From positions 248,001 through 312,000 of the forward strand of contig JAAOMT010000597.1 of the NCBI GenBank assembly GCA_016748015.1: 64,000 nucleotides of DNA. Direction: 5' to 3'. The notes under the pieces are model-generated. The model saw only the letters and a list, made by a program, of their open reading frames with translations, was not told the origin of the DNA and did not search any database. The DNA comes from Geosiphon pyriformis uo1 (lineage: Eukaryota > Fungi > Glomeromycota). Position numbers and translations under genes: made by a program. This document shows positions 51,101 to 64,000 of the stretch, in pieces; position 1 is the stretch's first letter, and the number at the start of each line of letters is the position of its first letter.

Positions 51101-53663
51101 TCTAGATTTTTGTACAATTTCTGGGGGTTTTAACTTTGGAAGATTTTTAAAAACTTTAGTTTTTGGTGGCTCATTGTTGTTAGCAGCAAAAGTTGAGGCT
51201 TTGTTGGGATTTAGAATAAAATCAACCTTGGCTTTCTTCTTTTTTCTTGTTAAGTCAGAGGTGTTGATTGCCAGTTCATCCATATTATGATCATCATTAG
51301 TTAGGTTAAAAGCAAAAAAGGAGTTTTTTTCTGGTTGGCTTGTATTTTCACCCTTTGGAGATGTGCCTACCAGTTTAAAGGCTGATAAACAGTGGCTTTA
51401 ACTAGGGGATTCTTTCCAAAGAAATTGATGTTGGCATGATTGGGTTTTTAATTAGGAACATTATTACTGTTGAGTCTGTTATTCTGAGTGTTATTATTTC
51501 TAGAAGCTGAAAGAGACAATGGAGGATTGTTGCAGTCTTTTGAGAAGTGTCTAGTTAGTCCACAGTAATAGCACACAGGTGGGCCACGATTTTGCTGTCT
51601 TTGATATAGTAGTTGTTGGGGCTAATTGAAGCAGGATTCAAATCTGGGTCTTTGGATTTATTGATTTTTTCTAACTGCTTGGGCCAAAGATTCTAATAAC
51701 CAGGCAAGATTTGTTGTGAGCCTATCTATTAATTGTTTATTTGGATCTTGAATTTGGATAGCAAAAGAGGTAGCAGCCATTTGTAGAGCAGGAGCCATAA
51801 TAAAAACAGAAGCAAAAACTGGAAGGATGGATCTCAGATGCATCCTTTGGTTATTTTCTATTTTCTGGGCAAGTTTAATAGCCATATCTATTGTGAAATT
51901 ATCTTTCAAGACCAGAAGAGGCCAAAGAGCATATGATAGATTAGTTCTTAGTTTTTTTGTGAAGGAATATATTTTTTGCTCTTTTGTCCAATTTTTTTCA
52001 AAGTCTACCCGTTTAATAAGTTTTCTTATTGCTTTGGCATATTTCATCACAATCTCACCAGGGCCTTAAGTTTTTCTTTTTAATTCCATATGCCATTTGG
52101 ATATTAAGATAGGAGTTCTAAATTTTATTTCAAACTGGATAATAAAAGAGATGTTGTCTTTTCTAACATTTGCTAATGCTTATCTAATGATTTTTTGCTG
52201 AGCATTAGCATTGGTTTTTTGTGAGAACCAAGTAGCAAAAAAGTCTTGAAGGTAGCCACCAACAATTTGAAACTTGTATTCATTATCATATTGGTTGGCT
52301 GTGACCACTTTTTCAAAGTTATTTAACTATTCAATTGGATTTTATATATCACCTCTAAATAATAGTAGTGAAGTATTGTTTCTTTGTCCTAAAGCAGTTT
52401 GTATGCCTTGGAGGGCAATCAGAATGTTTTGTTGTATAGAGTCATTAGCCATTGGTTCAGGGGTAACTGTTTGTGTAGATAAGTCTGATTTACTTTATAA
52501 AAAGTCAAAAACAGGAGCAGTTTGATAGCTTTCTTTTTCTGTTTCAAAAGAAGTTTCAGTTGCTTAATGGGCAGCAATCCAAATGTGAATTTGATGATTC
52601 AGATATTCGAAATCAAGGGGCTGTTGTTCAAAGGTTGTAAAGTATAAAAGCTAATTGATACTGTTGTTTCTTTCTTTAAAGTTGTCTTTAAAATAAGCTT
52701 GGTTAAAGTAATAGGTTATATAGGCTGTATAGGTTTTAGCTAAATGCTTATTCAAGAATCAGTTCTAAAAGTTTTGGAATTGTCTGCTAGATTGTTTTTT
52801 AATGGGAAAGCAAATCAAGCAGGAGGGCAAAAAATTGAGTTCAATAAAGTCTAAATCGTTTTTGTTATATGCTTCAAAGTGTTCTTTTGATTGTTGTGGC
52901 AGGTATGAATAATCACCTATATAATAGAAAGCAAAGTAGATTTTGACAACCTCACAGAGAGCACCACTTTTATGTTATGGGTTGGAGTAACAAGCTAACA
53001 GATAGCAAGAGAAAACAGGATTGTAGGGTGATGGAAATAATCAAAGGGAATTCAACTTCAAAGAGTGAATTGAATAAGTATAGATTCAATGTATGAGATC
53101 AGTCTTATAAAATATCTCAGTTGCTATACTTTTCAAAAGATAACCAGGAATTTGAAGGTAGAAGGATAGTCCATATTGTTAACAAATAATCACATACTGA
53201 TATAATTCTATGCTTCACGTCAGTGCTCTTAAAATTTAATATCAAGTATCAGATGTATTCTTTAGTCATGTTTTATTCAATAATTTTTAAATGCTGTAAT
53301 TACATGTTTCAGGAAAAGCATAAAGAATAACCAACAAATAATCTTTTATTCCAAGATGTTCAGATACTTAAAGGTAGGGAAAGAGAAATTAGCAATAAGA
53401 GAATGATTGAGATGAAAGTTGTTATTTTATTTATTTGATTTCCTTGATTTCTATATGCTTTTTTACAGCTAAAAAATTTATTACTTATATAGCTATCAAA
53501 AGTGGTCAATAATCAGGTCAACAACTAGGTCAATGATCAGATTAACAATCAAGTCATTAATCAGGTCAATGATCACTTTCTAAAAATAGAATGGCTAATT
53601 TATATGACATTAATGGTTAATACATGTGATAATTAATAAGAAGTATAAGTTTCAACCATAACA
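45199..53663 (-). mobile_element. Family B copy B3, complete, TSD ATAC, containing a solo A LTR
   Basis: LTRs 45199-45833 and 52973-53663, PBS 52948-52966, ORF3 ~45803-46459, IN 46501-47813, pol 47878-51379, gag 51367-52920. Confidence 0.95.
50204..51043 (-). repeat. Solo A-type LTR (840 bp) in B3 pol, TSD TTGG
   Basis: TATTACA...GTAACA termini and TTGG on both sides. Same subfamily as the A1 LTR. Confidence 0.92.
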
Positions 53664-54296
53664 ATACCATTGACTTCAAAAGAGAAGTTGTCAATTTTGC
53701 CAATAGGAGTTTTGGTTACTCTATCTGCTGTGATAATTTTGGCACTGGCAGTGTGATCAACTCAGCAACTTAATAGATTTATAAGTTGTTATGTAATAAT
53801 GCTGCTGGCTAATCCACTGTTTAAGATCAGTTTGATAAACTGATCATCAACTTTGGCATTTGTATACATTGCAGTAATAAGTTTTAATTTAAGAGTGGCT
53901 CTACTAAATAGTAGTGTTTTAACTGGTTTTTCTAGTTTAAAAGAGAAAATAGCAGTAAGTGATTTATTTTTAATGATAGTGGCTGGAGATATGTTGTTGA
54001 TAAGTAGTTGAATCTAACTGAATTTGGTGTCTTCTGGGATAACCAGAAAACTTAAATAGTTCTAAGAATATGGGTTTGATTATACCCAGTTTCTGAACTC
54101 TATTGGTGAAATCTCAATGGTTGACTTAATAAACTGGAGATCAGTTGGTGTATTATTATTGCCAATCTCCAGTTTTGTTGGGTGTAGGTGATTCTTGGCT
54201 TTTGATTTCTGAATGATATTTAAGCTGAATTTAATGACAATGTTTAAACTGGTTGGAGTTGATAGATTATTTGTGGCTACAGCTAATATATTATGG

Positions 54297-57200
54297 TGTT
54301 ACAGATGATTATTTGGAGTCTCAAATCAAATAACAAATCTATAACTTGGTGCTTGGTTGGTATTCTGGAATTGATATCTAAAGATGAGATTTATCTGAAG
54401 GTTTTGTTGTGAAGTTCTTTGTATAATGAACAGAGATTTAATGGATGGTTTTATCCATAACTTCCTGAAACTGCAGTTTTGTCAAATTTCTTTCTCAGCA
54501 TAGTGGCTGGTAATCCTTCTGGTAAGCTATCCTTAAATCTATAAGTGTTTTACTCTTGTTTCACAGATCTTTTACCAGTTCCTATAATGTCTGTAACTCA
54601 GCACTTAATTCTTAATCAATTTAGTAAAACCAAAGAAATAACAAAAAAATACAAGAAAAATAAAAGAAGATAAAGAATAAACAAAAGCAATTACAAGTTA
54701 GTATCCTGTCAATAGTCGTGATTAAGAGCTATTGTTCTAGCATGATTAAGTATCAATTATTATCAACATGAAGTGTTGATAGTGAAGAGTGGGTTGAGAT
54801 AGTGAATAATTATTTATTGATATTTGTAAATTAGAAGGTTGCTTAGATCAAATCTAGACTAAAAAGTTTGTCTTTTTTCTTTCTAATGCTATTACTATAT
54901 ATACATAATTTGAGTTCTATGAGATCACTCACATTCTCGAACGATGTGCTATAATTTCTCAAGCAATGCTCACATTGCTAAGCAATGTGCTCATGTGCTA
55001 ACTACTACTTTCTTATTGGTCTACTATTTTTTTCTATATCTGTTTTCTTTGTATAAGTAATATTATCTTCTCCTTTTTAATATTGAGCTCCGTCAAAATC
55101 TTCATTTTGAATTAATTCCAATATTTTTTTTTCAAGTATTGTTTGTTTGACTCTGTTTTTCATGTCTTCTACTTGTGTATTGTTTATTCTTCCCCATTGG
55201 TTAATGGTTATGGTTTCCATGTCAGAGTGTAACAGTATTTTTGGATAGTTCTGAAATATGTTGTGTAATCTGTACATTGTTTTAACATGTAGTGTTGAAT
55301 TTGTTTTCTTTCTGATAAATTCTTCAATTTGTTGTATTATCTCTTGGTTGAATATTCTCTTGGATTTGTTGATATACAACTTCTAAATATTCAACTTTTG
55401 ACCTAACTGGTAGTAGCAATATGATATTGGAAGTCAGTCTGTTCATTGCTTCCAATTTTTTTTTATAAGCTCTTTTGTTGGTGTCATAATAGGTATTTTC
55501 CCAAAAGTGTTCTTCACTTTTTCTATTAAGTTATTTGTCTAGTTTTTATCATTTTTTGGTGGTCACTGATATGGTGTATTCTTTGTCTTTCTTTGGGTGT
55601 TTTGATAGCAAATTATTTGTTTATTAATAACAATTTCTATGTCCAACTGTTGTTGACTTATGGCCTGGAACAATTGTTGAGCTATAGTGTGAATATGATC
55701 TGGTATTTCCATTTTCTTGGTTGCTTTTGTTATGTGTACTGTCTCTTTATATACTCTTTTGGTTGTTCAATTTGACATGTTTGGTTCAATAATTATGATT
55801 GGTTCCAGATCTTGTGGAATCTTATCTGGTTGAACTAGTATTCTTTGTACTCCCAGTTGTAGAATGTTATTGGTAGATGATGATGCTATCTGGTGATATT
55901 GTTTTAGTCAATTACTATGTGCTGCTTTGGCTAAGATTTTGTTGTCTCATTTTAATTTATAAGCTCCATTTCCTAGAATTTCTTCTATGTGAAATAGTCT
56001 GTCCTATTTGGGGTTGAATTTTCTATTCTATTGTTTTTCCGCTTTGGTATGATGTAAAAGTACTTTGTCTCCAATCTTGAATTCAACTGGTTTGTCTGGT
56101 AGTTGGTTATCATGTTTTTTTTTTGTTTTTCTTGTAACTTTTGGATGTTATCAGCTGCTTTCCATTGTTTGTTTTCTAGTGTTTCTATTAAGTCATATGT
56201 TCTTCTTAACAATGTTTTTTGGAAATTCTCTTCTGTTATTGATTTAGTTGGATATGTATTGATCTCTATCTTAACTGATAATATTGCTGTTTTATCATAT
56301 ACCAATTTAAATAGTATTGCTTGTGTGGTATCTTGCTTCATTGTTCAATAAGCAAACAATACTGATGGTATAAACAAATCCTATTCTTCTTGATTTTTTT
56401 AGCTGATTTTGGCAATTGCTTCACACAGTGTTCTATTAAATCTTTTAACTAACCCATTTGTTTGTAGATGGTATGGTGATAATAATGGTCTTTTTATTCC
56501 AAATCTTTGGCTTAATTCTGCTAATGTTCTATTCACAAAGTGAGTTCTTTGATCAAATAATAATTCTTTTGGACATCTATGTTGACAGATCAAATCTTAA
56601 TAAACGAATTTGGCAACAGATTCTGCATCTGCTCTTTGAATGACTTTTGTTTCTGGCCATTTTGTGAGATAATTCATGACTACTGCAATATATCTGTTGT
56701 CTCTGCTGGTGATTGTTAATGGTCCAACTAAGTCAATTCTAATATGGTCAAATGGTTGTCTCACTTTGATTGGTCTCAATGGTTCACTAGGTTTTGTTCC
56801 ACCTCTTCTTTGACAAACATCACAACTTTGAACATATTGAATGATGTCTGGATACATTGATGGCCAATAGTATCTTTTCCTAGTTCTTTCTATGGTTGCT
56901 TCTTTATGAAAATATCCTGCTGTTAGATCTGAGTACATATTGAACAATATTGTTTCTTTCTCTGGTTTTGTAATTACTCTTGTTGGCTGGTCTGGATTTC
57001 TTCTGTTTTTCCAGTACAGTATATTTTGATAACTGATAAAATATTTTAATTGTTGTTTTATGTTGTTTTGTTCTTTTTGAGATAATTTTTCTTTGAACAA
57101 TTGGGTATTTATATAATGTTGAAGTTGTTAGTATTTTTGTATATTCATCTTTTGTTATATTTTTGGGTTGAAATGTTTTTAGATTTGTCTCATTCTCAAC

Positions 57201-60200
57201 AGACCATCAGTATTTCTATTGTCTTTTCCTTTTTTATAATGTACTGTATAATTGAATGGTAAAAGTTCTATTTTTTATCTGGCATGGTGATCATCTCCAA
57301 ATTTTTGTTTCTGGATTGAAGTCAATCCTTTGTGATCAGTATATACATTAAACTTCTGACTCAAGTATTTTTTTTATTTAATGATAGCCCAATAGATAGC
57401 TAAGTGTTTTAATGCTGGAGTTTCATAATTTTTTTCCACTGGACTTAAGCTTCTACTGGCATAAGCTATTAGATGTTCTCTTCCATCCAGTCTTTTTTGC
57501 AATAGTACTGCTCCCAATGCTTAACCAGATGCATCAGTGGTAATTATGAATGGTTTGCTGTAATCTGAATACATTAATACTGGAACTTGAATAAGCTTTC
57601 TTCTTAATGTGTCAAATGCTTTTTGTTGAGCTTTGGTCCATTCATACTTCACATTCTTGGTTTGTAGATGATAAAGTGGCTGAGCCAGTTTTGAAAAGTC
57701 TTTAATAAAACAGCAATAGTAGTCTGTGAACCCCAAAAATGCTCTTAGTTCTGTCAAGTTGGTTGGTACTGGAAAGTTTTTAACTACTTCAATCTTGTCT
57801 GGATCTATTTTGATTCTATCTTTGCTTACAACATGTCCCAAAAGTTGAGTTCAGTTTTTCCAAAAAAATATTTGGTTGTATTTAGTTTCAATCTGGCTCT
57901 TCTTAATTTTTCAAACACTTGTTGGAGATGATGCAGATGATTATCAAATGTTTTTGAGAATACATTGGTATCATCTAAGTATATGACTACTGATTTCCAT
58001 AGTAGCTCAGTATATACAATTTCTATTAGCCGTTGGAATGTTGCTAGTACATTCATCAAGCCAAATGGCATAACTTCAAATTCAAAATTTCTTTCTCGGA
58101 TTGTGAAAGCCATTTTCTCCTTATTTTCTGGCTTCATGACTACTTGTCAGTAACTACTGTCTAAATCTAATATTGAGAACCATTTTTTCCCGCTAAAAGC
58201 ATCAAATAATTCTTGGATCTTTGGGGTTGGATAGCTATCATCTTTAGTTACTCTATTCAGTTTTTGGTAGTCTATACAAAAATAAATTTTTCCATTATTT
58301 TTGCATACCAGTACCACTGGTGATGACTATGGACTCATTGATGATTGTATTAATCCATTGTCAAACATTTGGTTGATTTATTGATGAATGATTTCATGAC
58401 TGGCTGGTGGTACTCTGTATGCTTGTTGTTTGATTGGCATTGCATTTCCAGTTTTAATCTGATGTTGGATGATATTGGTGTGGCCAAATTCATTTTCGCT
58501 AGTAAAGATGTTATTGAAATTGTTGAGTAACATCCTTAGTTGCATCTGTTAAAGTGGGTCTAGATTCCCCATGTTTATCTGTTCTAATTGTTTTGGTTGG
58601 AGCAGATAACATTCACTTTACTTATAGATGGTTTGTGATGTGATGTCCACATATCCACAAAGCTGTGGAAAATCTGGAATATGGTCTGGTGGTTGTTTCT
58701 CAACTTCAGTGGTTAAATATCTAATGATGGTTCCCTTTGGTATTTCAATAACATTTCCTGTTGTGTTGTAGATAGGAACTTTGATGTTTTTGGAACTTTT
58801 GGCTGATATGTAAAGATTAGTGAGTCCAATCTCTCCTGATTTACAAATGGTGGCTTCTGCTTCAAACAACTGAGCTTGATCCTTTACTTCTCTTTTTATG
58901 GCTAACATATACTGATCATATGATGGAATAGAAATTGATTGATGTATTGAGATAATTTCTCCTTTGTTAATAACCTCTTCTTTTACCATATTAACTAGTA
59001 TGTCTATTCTACCCATTAATCCGAATTCCTGTACTCCTCTAGCAGTAATCCCTAATTCTTTCCTGTTTTCCACTAATACTAATTGAGCTACTTTTACCAG
59101 AGGTAAGAAGATTGCCTAAGCTATTTTTTTATTTGGATCTATGATATATGCATTTTCTGAGTCATTTTGTAGCATAGCAATAATATTTTCTATGTATTCT
59201 GTGTCAATTATTCCTTCTCTGATGTTAATTTTTTTTTTGCTAGACTACTTTTAGATACTAATTGAACTATGGTTGTTACTGAAATTTCCAGTGCTATTTT
59301 GAGATCAATACTGGTGCACAAATGAGGTTTCAATTTAATGACATCCTTCCTTGAATATCTCAGATCAAACCCTGTATCAGTATCATGTGCGTGTTCTGAC
59401 ATAATATCTTTGCCATTATTGCTGAACTATTTAAGTTTCTGTTTCTTGGTGAGATCAGGAAGTGCGATAAATGTTTCAGGATTTGAATTAGAGTTTGAAT
59501 TGTCATAATTTTTGTTGCTATTTGGAGTGGAACTGAAACTGTTGTTTTCATTGTCGTTATTGTTAGAGTTTAAATTAGGATTGAAATTTGATTCCAATTC
59601 TGATGTACAGCTGCTGATTGGTTTTTTTTCCTCTGGGATTGTGTAGATCATGCAGATTGGTGGATTGTAAATGAGGTTACACTCATTACAATATTGAAAG
59701 TCACAGGGAATCAAACAATAGTCATATAGTCGAGTGTTGATTTCTTTTAACCATTGCTCTTGTTCCTCTTTAGTAGGTGCTAATTCCTAATAGTGTTTGT
59801 GGAATTGTTCTGGATCTAATAGATTTATGACTGGTTCTGGGTTCCAGTTAAGTTCTATGAATTCAGATAAGTTATTTTTAATTGTTTTTATTTCTTCTGG
59901 CGATGCTCTTTTGATTTTGGTGAGTGCCATTTGCCAAATTTTGTTATTGTTGTGTGGACATCCATCCAATTGTTTGACTGTTTATCTCTAGGCGGTGTCT
60001 ATGAGTGTTCTTTTTCTCATCCAGTCACTTATGAGAATTGTGTATTGACACAATTTGTTGCATGTTCCTTCTTGATCAGAAATGTCATTCCACATTTCTT
60101 CATCAAGTAATGTTTCTCCACAAGCTAGACAAGATTCATTGTCACATTTTTCTTGCCATTTTGGGCATCTGAAGCATTTTATGATGCACATGTAACAATA

Positions 60201-63200
60201 GAATTTGGTTGCTGTTGAGTATTTCTCATCATTGCCACAGCATGCACCCATTGACAACAATTTTTTACCACAATCAACGCATATGAGTTTTGGTCAATGA
60301 TAAGTAAATTATTGTGGTGTAGTGTAAATATAGTCATTATAAGTGGATGTGCTGTCAGGTGTTGGTTTTTCTTTCTTCCCTTTTTCTTTTCTCTTTTTAT
60401 TTTCTTCCTATTTCCAATCTATTAGCTCTTTCTAGTTGTCATTGGTTTTTCAGGCTAGGTCAAAATTCCAGGTAGGTTCTTTTTTTTTCTTTTTTTTTCT
60501 ATTGTTGCTCTATAGAAGTACTGGTGGTAACTTGTTGTGGTTTTTGTCAGCCCATAAGACTTGGTACACTTCCCAGATAGATTTCTTCTCTTCTTTCTTG
60601 AACTCAATAAGAGGTACTGGTGTGTTAGGTGTTTTAAAATGGCCACACGTGGCTGGTACCCATGTGTGTTAACCATTCTGGCTGAGTTGGAGCTTTTGTG
60701 TGTTCCAATCAAGTGTTGTGTTAGTTTTGGACAGCCAGTCATTGCCAACAAGTGCTTGATATTGGGTGGCTTCCATGACTAATACTTTGATTGGCACAAT
60801 AATGCCATTGACTTCTATAGAGAAGTCATCAATCTCACCGATTGGAGTTTTGGTTGTTCTATCAGCCATGATAATTCATGCACTGACAGCTTGATCAACT
60901 TGGCAACCTAATTGGTTTATGAGTTGTTTTGTGATGATGCTGCCGGCTAATCTACTGTCTAAGATTAGCTTGATTGAATGACCATCAACTTTGACATTGG
61001 TGTACATGGTGGTGATAGGTTTTTCTTTAAAAACAGCTCCACTAAATAATGGCATGACTGACAGTTCCTCAAGTTCAAATGGAAAAATAGTGTTCAGTGA
61101 TTCATTTTTGGTAATAGTAGCTGGTGGAATATTACTGGTAAGTGTTGATTGTTGGTTGGTTTCCAGATTATTGGGTCAGGCATCTTCTGGGGTAACCAAG
61201 AGACTTAAATAGTTCTGGGAACTCGGGTTTTGAGTATATTTGGTTCCTAAACTCCGCTATCATGATCCTAACAGCTGGTTAGATGAACTGGGAATTGGTT
61301 AGTGAACAACCATCACCGATCTCCAGTTTTGGGTGACTCTTGATCTGAGGTTTCCTAATGTCATTTGAGCTGAGTTGGATGGTAGTGTTTGAACTGTGGG
61401 TGTTTAATAAATTATTTGTGGCTGCGGTAGTTGATATATTACCAGTGGCTGCAGTTGATAAACTGAAGGTTGATATACAGATGGTTAATATATTAGCTGT
61501 TGTATTATTGGCAGGTAAGTCGGTTAATATGGTGCTGGGTTGAATTGGTAATTTGGAATTGAAAACCAGTGATTGGGGTTTCAATATTGATTTCCCAATT
61601 GTTGGTTATCTATCCTTAATCTACAGTCAATTCTTAAATGCCCTTGTTTACCACAGTAGTGGTAAACATGTATCTTCTGCTGCCACTGTTAATTGGTTAA
61701 GGATGATGAGCACGACTGATTCTGGAAATAATTTGCATTTCCTTGATTATTGTGTCATTGTGGAGGTTGATAGATTGCCTGATTGTTAACTAAGTATTCT
61801 TCTAATTTTTGGTTGATAGAATCACCAAATTGTTTCAACTTAGAATCCAATTCAGATAATCTGTTCATCACTAGATTGATTGATGGCTTGGGCATGGTTG
61901 GCTTTAAGTTCAGCTGCTTTAAAATCTCTGATGTTTGTAACTGCAGCTTGAAAGTTTGCTGGATGCATTGGGCATATGCATTAAAGAATGCTACTGTGCA
62001 GATCTCTAATAAATTGGTTCAAAATTTGTGGTGCTGTAAAATAATCAGCCTGAATTGCTTGAATTTGGTGCAGATTTTTATGGAAGCATTCTAGATAAGT
62101 AGTAACTGCTTTATTTTCCCCTTGTTTGATAATGGTAAAAGTGTTTGCTAACCGATTAATACTATTATTATTGCTGAAATATTATAGGAATGCATTGAAA
62201 TCCTGGAGTTTGTTAGTCAAGCTTTAATACTATAAATTGGCAGTATCCTGGAGAAAGTAGGGAATGGCCTGCATGGCTCTAGTGTCATTCCATTCGTTGG
62301 CTGTAATGGTTTTTTTCACATTGTTTAGCCACACTTGGGCATCATCTTCTTTGCCAGTGAATTTTTCAAGTTTGGCAATAGGAGCATATGCCATTGGCAC
62401 TATGATTTGTTGTTGTGGTGGTTGTTGAAATTGTTGTTGCAGTGGTGAAAGTGACTGTTGTAATTGTTGGGGTGGTTGAAGTGGCTGCTGTTGAATTGGT
62501 TCAATAATCAGTTCAATTGGTGGTTGATTGATGATGATTACTGGAGGTAAGTTTTGCTGATTAATTGTTTCAGGGTTTCAATTGTTCTGATTGTGCTGCA
62601 TTTGAAAATTCAGAGTTTCAATTTTCAGATTTTTAGTGATTGAATTCTTGTAAGTAAATTCTTGATCTTCAGATTTTTTTTCTTTCTCTTCTAATTCTGT
62701 TATCTCCCAGAAACTTGCATTTCCAAAATCTGGTTGAAGTGATGGTGATTGAAATCCTGATGGCATTGGTAATTGCGATTTAAATCCTTTAAAATAATTG
62801 TCATAGGTTCCTAGTAATTCTGCTTTCTTTTGTTTACTTTGAAATGGTAGTCATCCAAATGTTGATGTTGTATGTAATGTGGACACACCTGCTAATAAAA
62901 TGTTGATGGTGCTTCCAGGTGTATAGTGGTATGATGGGTTTGTTGGTAATTCAACTTTGGTTTTCTTCCAAGTGAATGGTTGTATTTGTTTTGGTGTTAC
63001 TGCTGGTGTTTGCAACCTTCCTTTGCCTTTGTCTACATAAGTAATGAAGAATTGTTGTTGTGTGTATTTTTTAATGGTTTGATTGATTTCTTTGATGATT
63101 GGTGCAAAACTATAGTTTCTTGGTAGGCTGGTATGTTGAAATAATTTTGTATAGAAGTTTTTCCTTGTGGATTCAATGTTAACTGTTTCTTCTAAGCAGT

Positions 63201-64000
63201 CTGCAATTTTATTATTGACATAAAAGTTAAAAGCAGATTTTGCTGAAAAGTGGTTATTGTTTAGTCCTAATTGTTGGTTGTATTGTTGGAACAAAGATTT
63301 GGCAAATTTTAAATGGTTTGCTCCTATGTTTTCTGATTCTGCCACTTTTGGATGATTGCTGTTGGTGCTGGTTCTCTGTAAAATTATATCTTACAGGAAG
63401 CACCAAATGTTACAGATAATTATTTGAAGTCTCAAATCAAATAACAAATCTATAACTTGGTGCTTGGTTGGTATTCTGGGGTTGATATCTAAAGATGAGA
63501 TTTATCTGAAAATTTTGTTGTGGAGTTCTTTGTATAATGGACAGAGATTTAATGGATGGTTTTATCCATAGCTTCCCAAAACCACAGTTTTGTCAAATTT
63601 CTTTTTTAGTGTGGTGGCTGGTAATCCTCCTGGTAAGCTATTCTCAAATCTATGAGTGTTTTATCTTTGTTTCACAGGTCTTTTATCAGTCTCTATGAAA
63701 TCTGTAACTCAGCGCTTAATCCTTAATCAATTTAGTAAAACCAAAGAAATAATAAAAGAAATACAAGAAAAATAAAAAAAGATAAAGAATAAACAAAAGC
63801 AATTGCAAGTTAGTATCCTGTCAATAGCTGTGATCAAGAACTATTGTTTTAACATGATTAAGTATCAATTACTATCAACATAAAGTGTTGATAGTGAAGA
63901 GTGGGTTGAGATAGTGAATAATTATTTATTGATATTTGTGAATTAGAAGGTCACTTAGATTAAATCTAAACTGAAAAGTCTGTCTTTTCTTCTTCTAATG
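54297..64000 (-). mobile_element. Family A copy A5, nearly complete (5' LTR runs off the window)
   Basis: 3' LTR 54297-55062, PPT, ORF3 55077-55712, IN 55767-57148, ORF1 57179-~63387, PBS 63390-63405, 5' LTR 63408->64000. Confidence 0.94.
55077..55712 (-). pseudogene. A5 ORF3 (unknown protein, divergent subfamily)
   Basis: MEIPDHIH...SYCYYQLGQ...HVKTMYRLHNIF...DFDGAQY*. Includes ORF 55077-55379. Confidence 0.8.

Larger units (their letters stand above)
27521..54296 (-). mobile_element. Family A copy A3 (old); own sequence at 27521-29659, 30469-33700, 44106-45198 and 53664-54296; remainder beyond A5, outside the window
   Basis: 3' LTR 27521-28320, PPT, ORF3 28334-28976, IN 29031-31227, RH/RT, dUTPase, Cys-rich domain and PR. 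Segments join across four insertions. Confidence 0.88.

Overview
The whole 64 kb is AT-rich eukaryotic DNA made of nested, decayed Ty3/Gypsy LTR retrotransposons. I see no host genes, RNA genes or CRISPR arrays. The proteins resemble elements I recall from Glomeromycotina fungi such as Geosiphon; this is an unverified inference. Family A (~10.4 kb, LTRs 0.77-0.99 kb) has five copies with internal sequence. It encodes one long gag-protease-Cys-rich domain-dUTPase-RT-RNase H frame, then a separate integrase ORF, then an unknown ORF3. Family B (~7.7 kb, LTRs 0.64-0.74 kb) has three copies. It encodes gag, a -1 frameshift into protease-RT-RNase H, then a separate integrase ORF and an ORF3. There are also solo and partial LTRs. 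All boundaries read TGTTA...TAACA, allowing for decay, and the six insertions with both flanks visible have 4-bp target-site duplications (TSDs). Nesting reaches five layers. All copies are disabled, mainly by C>T/G>A transitions. The most notable shared signals are: integrase split off from Pol by a conserved stop and a non-coding spacer, an env-position ORF3 that is not env-like, zinc-finger-like inserts between protease and RT, an anti-PBS hairpin in U5, a 19-nt motif upstream of the PPT, and (family A only) an LTR hairpin whose loop flips orientation between copies.
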